From Telmatocola sphagniphila (lineage in GTDB: Bacteria > Planctomycetota > Planctomycetia > Gemmatales > Gemmataceae): a DNA stretch of 32,000 nt. Shown here piece by piece: positions 26,350-32,000 of the stretch. The notes under the pieces are model-generated. The model was not told where the DNA came from, did no database searches, and worked only from the letters and a program-made list of their open reading frames with translations. The stretch covers positions 6,240,001 through 6,272,000 of the forward strand of contig NZ_CP074694.1 in NCBI RefSeq assembly GCF_018398935.1, read 5' to 3'. Position numbers and translations under genes: made by a program. Numbering within the stretch: position 1 is the first letter of the stretch; the number at the start of each line of letters is the position of its first letter.

Positions 26350-27477
26350 ATGACTTTCGAGGAATGGCGACAGCAGATGCCGGTAACCCAGTTATGGGCC
26401 TATTTCGATCATGCGGCGGTCGCTCCGCTGCCGGCCCCGGCGGCCCGCGTCATCCAGTTTTATGCCGAGAGCTATCAGGCCAACGGCATCGCCGTCATTC
26501 AAGATTGGGTCGATCGGATTCGCGAAGTGCGCCGCCTGGCCGGGAAACTGGTTAATGCCGATCCGCACGACCTGGCTTTCGTTCCCAGTACGACTATGGG
26601 GATTTCCATCGTGGCTGAAGGGTATCCTTTTCAGCCCGGCGAGAACATCGTCTCCGTGGCCGACGAATACCCGTCCAATCAGTATCCCTGGATGAACCTT
26701 CGGGATCGCGGCGTGGAATTTCGAGCCGTTCCCACAGTTCAGGGTCGAGTCGATCTGGATGCTTTGTTTGGCGCGGTGAATGATAAAACTCGACTGCTGA
26801 CGATCAGCTCTGTGGAATACGCCACCGGCTTTCGCAACGATCTGGCCAAAATCGGTGAATTCTGCCAGTTGCGAAACATCTTTTTTTTCGTCGATACCAT
26901 TCAATCGCTGGGCGTCTCGCCACTGGATGTTCAGCAGCTTCCCCTAGATGCTTTCGCGGCCGATGGCCATAAATGGCTGCTTGGCCCCGAAGGAGCCGGG
27001 CTGCTCTACCTGAAACGCAAATGGATTGAGAACTTTCGACCCATCGGCGTCGGCTGGAATAGCGTGGTCGACAATTTGAATTTCGGCAAAATTGATTTTC
27101 GATTGAAACCGCACGTCGGCCGCTGGGAAGGCGGCACGACTAACATGGTGGGCCTGACGGCTTTGGGAGAGTCGATACGCCTGCTTTTGGATGTCGGCAT
27201 TGTCAAGATCGAACAGAAGCTTGAGAGTTTGACCGATCGGCTTTGCGAGGCGCTAACGGGCATCGGCTGGTCGATTTACAGCAGTCGGCAGCCGGGCGAA
27301 AAATCAGCCATCGTCTCGATTAGCAAAGACGGCGTGGATCCGCTGGAGCTTCAAAAGCGTTGCCGGGACGCCGGGGTTATCGTTAATGTGCGGGGAGGTC
27401 GGTTGCGAATTTCCGCCCACGGTTACAACACCTGGTCGGAGATGGAAGTGCTTTTGGAAATTCTGCGGAAGTACTAG
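26350..27477 (+). CDS. Class-V aminotransferase / cysteine desulfurase-like PLP enzyme
   Basis: 375-aa ORF with YFDHAAVAPLP, SSVEYATGFRND, FFVDTIQSLG and AADGHKWLLGPEGAGLLY (PLP Lys in HK). Confidence 0.88.
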   Translation: MTFEEWRQQMPVTQLWAYFDHAAVAPLPAPAARVIQFYAESYQANGIAVIQDWVDRIREVRRLAGKLVNADPHDLAFVPSTTMGISIVAEGYPFQPGENIVSVADEYPSNQYPWMNLRDRGVEFRAVPTVQGRVDLDALFGAVNDKTRLLTISSVEYATGFRNDLAKIGEFCQLRNIFFFVDTIQSLGVSPLDVQQLPLDAFAADGHKWLLGPEGAGLLYLKRKWIENFRPIGVGWNSVVDNLNFGKIDFRLKPHVGRWEGGTTNMVGLTALGESIRLLLDVGIVKIEQKLESLTDRLCEALTGIGWSIYSSRQPGEKSAIVSISKDGVDPLELQKRCRDAGVIVNVRGGRLRISAHGYNTWSEMEVLLEILRKY

Positions 27478-27492
27478 GGCTATCAAACGCGA

Positions 27493-27530
27493 ACCCCCGG
27501 TCGTTCGTCACGATCCGGGGGTATATTTAT
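27493..27530 (+). terminator. Terminator hairpin after the aminotransferase gene. A second hairpin at 27533-27560 probably serves the convergent gene.
   Basis: ACCCCCGG / CCGGGGGT stem (8 bp, extendable) followed by ATATTTAT. The adjacent CCGTCCGA...CGATGGACGG imperfect stem lies downstream of the minus-strand Gly/Tyr-rich gene. Confidence 0.55.
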
Positions 27531-27615
27531 AACCGTCCGATCAAGGTCCCCGATGGACGGGCTGAAGTTGGATGCCGCCAGATTATACCCGGCGGAGAGT
27601 TGTTTCTTTCTCGAC

Positions 27616-27987
27616 TTATCGACGCCAGCCGTAGTAGTGGCCGTAGTAAGGTCGGTAGTAGCCGCCGAAGCCAATTCCTACGCTAACGCTCGGTACGACG
27701 ACTGGTGCCGGTGCGGCGTAGACGACTGGGGCCTGCTGAACGACAACTGGGGCCTGAGTCACCACGGCGGGCGAGGTAGTCACGACTGTCGGAGAAGTGA
27801 CCACTGTCGGGGCATAATAAGAAGGATAGTAGCCGTAATAACCCGGGGCGAAGCCACCGATACCGATACTGAAGCCACTTCGGTGCCCATAGTTGGAATA
27901 TCCAAAGCTGACACCTTGAGCACTCGCCGATCCACTGAAGGCGAAGATTCCAAGCACCGCGGCCAAGCCAAATACTGCAGATTTCAT
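27616..27987 (-). CDS. Small secreted Gly/Tyr-rich protein with central Pro-Val-Val repeats
   Basis: 123-aa ORF. Signal peptide MKSAVFGLAAVLGIFAFSGSASA, then GVSFGYSNYGHRSGFSIGIGGFAPGYYGYYPSYY, then APTVVTSPTVVTTSPAVVTQAPVVVQQAPVVYAAPAPVVVP, then SVSVGIGFGGYYRPYYGHYYGWRR. Confidence 0.7.
   Translation of the reverse strand: MKSAVFGLAAVLGIFAFSGSASAQGVSFGYSNYGHRSGFSIGIGGFAPGYYGYYPSYYAPTVVTSPTVVTTSPAVVTQAPVVVQQAPVVYAAPAPVVVPSVSVGIGFGGYYRPYYGHYYGWRR
27691..27813 (-). repeat. Degenerate 18-21-nt tandem repeats encoding (A/S)P(T/A/V)VV(T/Q) units
   Basis: On the plus strand the units GACGACTGGTGCC, GACGACTGGGGCC, CGACAACTGGGGCC, CACGACTGTCGGA and GACCACTGTCGGG recur in series. Confidence 0.6.
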
Positions 27988-28444
27988 AGTGTTTCTCCTG
28001 ATTTTGGCCGGCTTTTGATACTCTTTTTTTGCTTCGGAGTTCGTTTCCGGCTTGTGTTACGGAATTATAACGTGCTCGAAGGTAGAACTTGCATAACCTC
28101 AAGCATTTTTCATTTTAAGTTGGGAATCTTCGCCGCAATGGGGCAATCTGGGTTCCTCCGAGATTGCCGAATTTAGGGTGATTTCGCAATTTGCGGAAAG
28201 TGCCGACCCTGGGCTCTTTCACGCCTGGGCAAACCTGTGAAAGTATACTGAGAAGACCTGTAAAATCGATTGCATTTCAGCGAATTCGCTATTAGATTAC
28301 CTACATCACAAAGCACTCGCAATTGCTCCTGTGACCCACCGAAACTCGAATCACGCAACCGTGTTAGTTGCTGAATCCTCACTGTTTTCAGCAGACACTA
28401 AACGATTCAGCGAAAGGTTCTCTTTTCTCTAGGGAGGCCAATGC

Positions 28445-28915
28445 ATGTATAAGGCTTTACAGGTAGCCGAAGCCATTTTGGCGTACTGCTACGAACAGGA
28501 ACATTCCTGTAGCAATCGTAAACTGCAAATGCTGCTCTATTACGTTCAAGGCTGGCATTTGGCGACCGCGGACGAACCTCTTTTCGATGAAGTGATACAT
28601 GCCGGGCCGATCGGCCCAGTGATTCACACCGTCGAAAGGCGTTATAAAGGGCATGGGAATCGACCCATCCACGTATATATCATTGATGCGGCGTATCACG
28701 AAAAACTGCGTCCCATCGTCAGCGAAGTCTGGTCGGCCTACGGAGATATGACCGATTTCGATCTTCAGAAATTGATTCAGGAAGAAATTCCCTATTTGGC
28801 CGCCCGACAGGATCTCATTCCGACCGACCCCGCCTTACCGGCGATTTCCATCGACGAACTTTGGGTTTTCTTCCAGGATCAACTGTCTGCCCGCGAAGCG
28901 TATAGCCGGAATTGA
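28445..28915 (+). CDS. Panacea / DUF4065 domain protein (SocA/GepA/PanA antitoxin-type)
   Basis: 156-aa ORF with GGAGG 7 nt upstream of the ATG. VAEAILAYC...NRKLQMLLYYVQGWHLATADEPLFDEVIHAGPIGPVIHTVERRYKGHGNRPI matches the DUF4065 signature (KLQKLLYY.QGW.L....PLF.E.....GPV...Y). The gene is AT-richer than its neighbours. Confidence 0.75.
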   Translation: MYKALQVAEAILAYCYEQEHSCSNRKLQMLLYYVQGWHLATADEPLFDEVIHAGPIGPVIHTVERRYKGHGNRPIHVYIIDAAYHEKLRPIVSEVWSAYGDMTDFDLQKLIQEEIPYLAARQDLIPTDPALPAISIDELWVFFQDQLSAREAYSRN

Positions 28916-28963
28916 GTCGTCTGATATTTGATTAAGTTATCCTACAATTCGGAACTGTTGCTT

Positions 28964-29004
28964 TTGCTGAGTTATGTCCGACAGCGCTCAGCAAGCATTT
29001 TGTC
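28964..29004 (+). terminator. Hairpin downstream of the Panacea gene (terminator or operator candidate)
   Basis: Perfect 8-bp inverted repeat TTGCTGAG (28964-28971) / CTCAGCAA (28987-28994) with a 15-nt loop, followed by GCATTTTGTC. Confidence 0.45.
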
Positions 29005-29104
29005 ACGTCGAATTGAGTTCCTTCTCATATCAAGTTCCTAGAGATTCCAATCACACTCTTGACAAAAGCTGTTTTCAACCCCTTTTTTAAAGGAGTATTC
29101 GTCC

Positions 29105-29965
29105 GTGAAGATTTCGGATATCGAAACAAAAGGACTATCCTTAGTCCTTGCTACACCGAAACAAGTTGAATCGCTTGAAAACGAGCTCTGGATTACATTT
29201 CCCAAAGGCTATCTACAGTACATTACCAAAATTGGGGAAGGCATATTAGGCGGTCATTACATTCGAATTTATCCACCTTGGAGAATCAAATCAGAACTCA
29301 CGGATTGGCGAAACAGAATCAAAAAATATTGGTTCTGGGAAAAAGGAAAGAAAATTCTCCCCCAAACACGAGCCCTAGAGTGTGTAATACTAGGAGACAC
29401 TTTGGATGGGGATGAAATTGTTTTCCATCCTGCAAAACCTCAAACTATTTTCATTTTGCCACGTAATTTCGAAAAAATTTTTGCGGTCGAAGGAGGACTG
29501 TTTGAAGCGATCGATTGGCTGTGTACCGCGGGTAAATTAACGAAAGCTTTCACGGAACGGGAGATCGTTCCATTCGATAGCCGAAAGCAGAACTCCGAAG
29601 GCTCGATGTCTGCCCAAAAAGAAGCTGATCCCCCAGGTGAGTCTCTTTCGGAGCTAATAGATGCGGGAAAGAGATGGGCCAAGCGGAATAAAGCATTCAA
29701 GACCTGTAAAGAGATCTTGAAAAATATTGTCGGAGAGCAGGAAGAGACCAAGGTTATTTACGAGGCAATCGGGTTCCAAGGAGATTACCCCTATTCAGCT
29801 GGTTGCTATATTTCAGTTATCGAGGTAATTGATTCACAAACCAAATTAAGTTTAGGCTTTTTAACAGCTCATGTGAATGAGGGGAGTTACGGAAGCAGCT
29901 TCGAAGCCAACAAAGCAAACAGAAAAAAATTGGGACGAAAATTAGATCCTCATGCGCCAGGATAA
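29105..29965 (+). CDS. SUKH (SMI1/KNR4)-like N-terminal domain fused to an unassigned ~120-aa C-terminal region
   Basis: 286-aa ORF with a GTG start 9 nt after AAAGGAG. VESLENELWITFPKGYLQYITKIGEGILGG and CVILGDTLDGDEIVFHPAKPQTIFILPRNFEKIFAVEGGLFEAIDWL fit the SMI1/KNR4 pattern (E..LG..LP..Y..FL...NGG ... G..Y.......V....F.EFL). No motif recognised in residues ~165-286. One 60-nt line counted by hand gives about 38% GC. Confidence 0.6.
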   Translation: MKISDIETKGLSLVLATPKQVESLENELWITFPKGYLQYITKIGEGILGGHYIRIYPPWRIKSELTDWRNRIKKYWFWEKGKKILPQTRALECVILGDTLDGDEIVFHPAKPQTIFILPRNFEKIFAVEGGLFEAIDWLCTAGKLTKAFTEREIVPFDSRKQNSEGSMSAQKEADPPGESLSELIDAGKRWAKRNKAFKTCKEILKNIVGEQEETKVIYEAIGFQGDYPYSAGCYISVIEVIDSQTKLSLGFLTAHVNEGSYGSSFEANKANRKKLGRKLDPHAPG

Positions 29966-30151
29966 ATGCTCTCATCTAGATCGTTCGAAGTCGCCCACAT
30001 TTCATAGCGATTCGCTAATGCTGACCCATCATGTAGTGGTATTCTCAAGTTTTTTCGCTACCGACATTCTCTTTTGGTGCAATTCTGTATACTATTTCCT
30101 TTGTCGCATAAAGAGAAAACTATCCCAATATTGTTCTAAGTGAGATCTCTC

Positions 30152-31237
30152 ATGGCCGAGAATGATCGTGAATTGAAAAACACACTGTCGGCAATTGAAA
30201 AGGAGTTCGGCAAAGGGTCCATCATGTCTCTGGGCGAGACGGATGTTTCCGATATCCAGGGCATTCCCACAGGGGCTCTGAGCCTGGATATCGCTCTGGG
30301 TGGGAAAGGTCTTCCCCGCGGTCGAATTATCGAAATTTATGGGGCCGAATCCTCGGGCAAAACCTCCATTGCCCTACACTGTGTCGCGAATGCTCAAAAA
30401 CAGGGCGGTGTCGCTGCATATATCGACGCCGAGCACGCTCTGGACCCCAGCTGGGCCAAGCGCCTGGGCGTTGACCTGGAATCGCTTCTGGTCTCCCAGC
30501 CTACCTTCGGCGAAGAAGCCCTGCGGATCGCGGAAATGCTGGTGAAATCGAATGCGGTAGACATCATCGTGATCGATTCGGTGGCCGCGCTGGTGCCGAA
30601 GACCGAAATGGAAAACGAGATCGGCGATTCCTCGATGGGGATGCAGGCTCGGTTGATGAGCCAGGCCCTGCGGGTTCTGAATCCGGTTATCTCCAAGACG
30701 AAAACCTGCGTGATCTTCATCAACCAGATTCGACAGAAGATCGGTATCGTCTACGGCAACCCGGAAACGACGCCGGGCGGGCTGGCCCTGAAGTTCTATT
30801 GCTCCGTTCGGTTGGAGGTCCGTCGCGGCCCGGCCATCAAAGATGGCGACGACATCATCGGTAACGAGACCAAAGTCAAGGTCGTCAAGAACAAGATCGC
30901 TCCCCCGTTCCGACAGGCCGAGTTCGAATTGCTTTACGATCGCGGCATCAGCTACGAAGGCGATTTGCTCAACCTGGGCGTGAATGCGGAAATCGTTTCC
31001 AAGAGCGGCTCCTTCTTCAGCTATGGCGACACCCGGCTGGGGCAGGGCAAGGAAAATGCTCGCGAATTCCTCCGTCAGAATGGCAATGTGGGCGAAGAGA
31101 TTCGCGGCAAGATTCTGGAGAAAATGGGCTTCGTCGCCAATGCCATGCTCGTTCCCGTGGAAAACCGCGATAAGGAGGAAGAGGTAGAGCCCGAAGCCAT
31201 TCCCGCCCCGAAACGGAAGAAATCCTCAGAAAAGTAA
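30152..31237 (+). CDS. recA: Recombinase RecA
   Basis: The ORF track starts at GTG 30140, but ATG 30152 ([29 protein letters not shown]) is the more likely start. Motifs include Walker [36 protein letters not shown] and [28 protein letters not shown]. Confidence 0.97.
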   Translation: MAENDRELKNTLSAIEKEFGKGSIMSLGETDVSDIQGIPTGALSLDIALGGKGLPRGRIIEIYGAESSGKTSIALHCVANAQKQGGVAAYIDAEHALDPSWAKRLGVDLESLLVSQPTFGEEALRIAEMLVKSNAVDIIVIDSVAALVPKTEMENEIGDSSMGMQARLMSQALRVLNPVISKTKTCVIFINQIRQKIGIVYGNPETTPGGLALKFYCSVRLEVRRGPAIKDGDDIIGNETKVKVVKNKIAPPFRQAEFELLYDRGISYEGDLLNLGVNAEIVSKSGSFFSYGDTRLGQGKENAREFLRQNGNVGEEIRGKILEKMGFVANAMLVPVENRDKEEEVEPEAIPAPKRKKSSEK

Positions 31238-31267
31238 TCGCTCACTTTTCCCTCCTAAAATGAGTGG

Positions 31268-31660
31268 ATGTCGGAAAACCGTCTTTCTCTGGGACAGCAT
31301 CAGCGGCTGAAAAAAACGGCTGAGTTCGATGCTGTCTACAACCTGAAAAAGTCGGTTTCCGATGCCCAGCTGATTCTCTTCGGCAAGAAAAACGAGCTTC
31401 CCCTGTCTCGGATTGGCCTCTCGGTTTCCAAAAAGCACGGCAACGCCGTGGTGCGCAATCGCATTAAAAGAATGCTCCGGGAGGCTTTTCGGACTCGACA
31501 GCTGCAAATTCCGCCCGGTTTCGATTTCGTGCTGGTTCCTCGTGTCGGCCTGGAACTCGATTTGCGCCTGTTGCAGGAGTCTATTCAGAAATTGACCTCC
31601 CGGCTCGCCAGACGTATTTCAGAACAGAAAGAAACCCGTCCCGCAGAGAATCTGCCGTGA
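31268..31660 (+). CDS. rnpA: Ribonuclease P protein component
   Basis: 130-aa basic ORF with [12 protein letters not shown] and the RNR motif [18 protein letters not shown]. Confidence 0.9.
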   Translation: MSENRLSLGQHQRLKKTAEFDAVYNLKKSVSDAQLILFGKKNELPLSRIGLSVSKKHGNAVVRNRIKRMLREAFRTRQLQIPPGFDFVLVPRVGLELDLRLLQESIQKLTSRLARRISEQKETRPAENLP

Positions 31661-31878
31661 TGAAGCGACTCTTTTCCTATCTGCTGATCGCCCTGGTAAA
31701 AGTGTACCAGTATTGCATCCGGCCCTTTCTACCGCCCTCATGTCGCTTTATCCCTGGTTGCAGCGAATATATGATCCTCGCCATCCAGAAATATGGCCCG
31801 CTCAAAGGTACCTGGAAGGGCATAGGTCGGGTTTGTCGTTGCCACCCGCTGCATCCGGGCGGATATGACTGGCCTTAG
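31657..31878 (+). CDS. yidD: Membrane protein insertion efficiency factor YidD
   Basis: 73-aa ORF with [22 protein letters not shown]...[27 protein letters not shown]. The start is GTG 31657 or ATG 31660, and either overlaps the rnpA stop codon. Confidence 0.9.
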   Translation: MMKRLFSYLLIALVKVYQYCIRPFLPPSCRFIPGCSEYMILAIQKYGPLKGTWKGIGRVCRCHPLHPGGYDWP

Positions 31879-31990
31879 AAGGCTCTCTGTCCGTGATTCG
31901 TGGCAATTCTGAATTCGAATTGCTTCAAGTTAATAAAACAAGCCAAATATTTAAATCTCTCCGAACGTTGCCAAAGAAGGAGCGCGACGC

Positions 31991-32000
31991 ATGTCGCAAC
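31991..32000 (+). CDS. Probable start of a yidC-like gene (only 10 nt in window)
   Basis: ATG 8 nt after AAGGAG (31977-31982). The identity is inferred only from the conserved rnpA-yidD-yidC order. Confidence 0.3.

Noticed and set aside
4793-26904. Other large antisense ORFs: 4793-5626(+), 6152-7045(-), 10247-10855(-), 11207-11926(+), 12460-13080(+), 13922-14527(-), 15735-16484(+), 18229-18834(+), 20007-20525(+), 21799-22251(-), 26392-26904(-)
   Set aside because: Each overlaps a gene on the other strand or frame that has clear family motifs. The shadow products have odd composition and no recognisable domains.
27553-28176. 207-aa plus-strand and 139-aa minus-strand ORFs overlapping the Gly/Tyr-rich gene
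   Set aside because: The 27616-27987 frame has a textbook signal peptide and a coherent repeat structure. The alternatives are Arg- and Cys-rich shadows generated by the same repeats.
28173-28382. 69-aa minus-strand ORF (GTG start) in the 457-nt leader of the Panacea gene
   Set aside because: It has a weak start and no RBS, and its basic low-complexity product matches no motif. I cannot exclude it as a real small protein, but there is no positive support.
28974-29090. 38-codon ORF (MSDSAQQAFCHVELSSFSYQVPRDSNHTLDKSCFQPLF) in the spacer between the Panacea and SUKH genes, considered as a hidden small toxin
   Set aside because: It has no Shine-Dalgarno sequence. Its ATG sits in the loop of the 28964-28994 hairpin. 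It shows no hydrophobic or toxin-like character. It remains worth a ribosome-profiling check.
30095-30110. CTGTATACTATTTCC upstream of recA, considered as a LexA/SOS box
   Set aside because: Only the CTGT half-site is present and there is no ACAG/CAG partner at N8-N10. I do not know the LexA motif for this phylum, so nothing can be claimed.
1-32000. Search for CRISPR arrays, IS elements or transposases, integrases, tRNA/rRNA genes, and flanking direct repeats around the AT-rich islet
   Set aside because: I could not see regularly spaced repeats, DDE or tyrosine-recombinase motifs, or tRNA-like structures by eye. The similar T-rich words at the islet edges (CTCTTTTT) are too short to call att-like repeats. 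A computational repeat search would be needed to be sure.

Overview
Chromosomal window with about 30 protein-coding genes. I recognised no rRNA, tRNA, CRISPR array, transposase or integrase. The gene content suggests a planctomycete (Gemmataceae-like) genome, which is an inference: a PSCyt-type cytochrome c domain fused to seven WD40 repeats, a DUF4394/FG-GAP exoprotein with an N-terminal LRVEELEQK motif, several FHA and Ser/Thr-kinase proteins, and roughly 55% GC by eye. Housekeeping anchors are recA-rnpA-yidD (plus a probable yidC start), pyrD, an HU/IHF-like gene, an hflC-like gene, a glutathione peroxidase, M16 and M50 peptidases, a class-V aminotransferase and an SDR. Five things deserve a second look. 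(1) An AT-rich islet of about 2.1 kb sits directly upstream of recA (27988-30139). It carries a Panacea/DUF4065 antitoxin-type gene and a SUKH(SMI1/KNR4)-fusion gene, with long spacers and no recognisable toxin. (2) A tightly coupled four-gene minus-strand operon (15663-11117) encodes PSCyt-WD40, a Memo-family protein with an N-terminal PqqD/RRE-like extension, an orphan Fe-type solute-binding lipoprotein, and an MBL-fold protein with an HxDxDH motif. (3) A giant gene missing from the ORF track (1-3783, minus strand, runs off the window) encodes a degenerate FHA domain, about 900 aa of coiled coil and a kinase-like domain lacking every catalytic residue I can align. (4) A neighbourhood at 17215-23409 contains an SPFH/HflC-like gene, a TPR-FHA gene, a membrane-anchored PspA-like coiled-coil gene and a transmembrane Ser/Thr kinase. 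(5) Smaller oddities include an Sm-like protein, a Gly/Tyr-rich secreted protein with PVV repeats, and an HU with a basic tail. All family calls rest on motif reading by eye. No database search was run.
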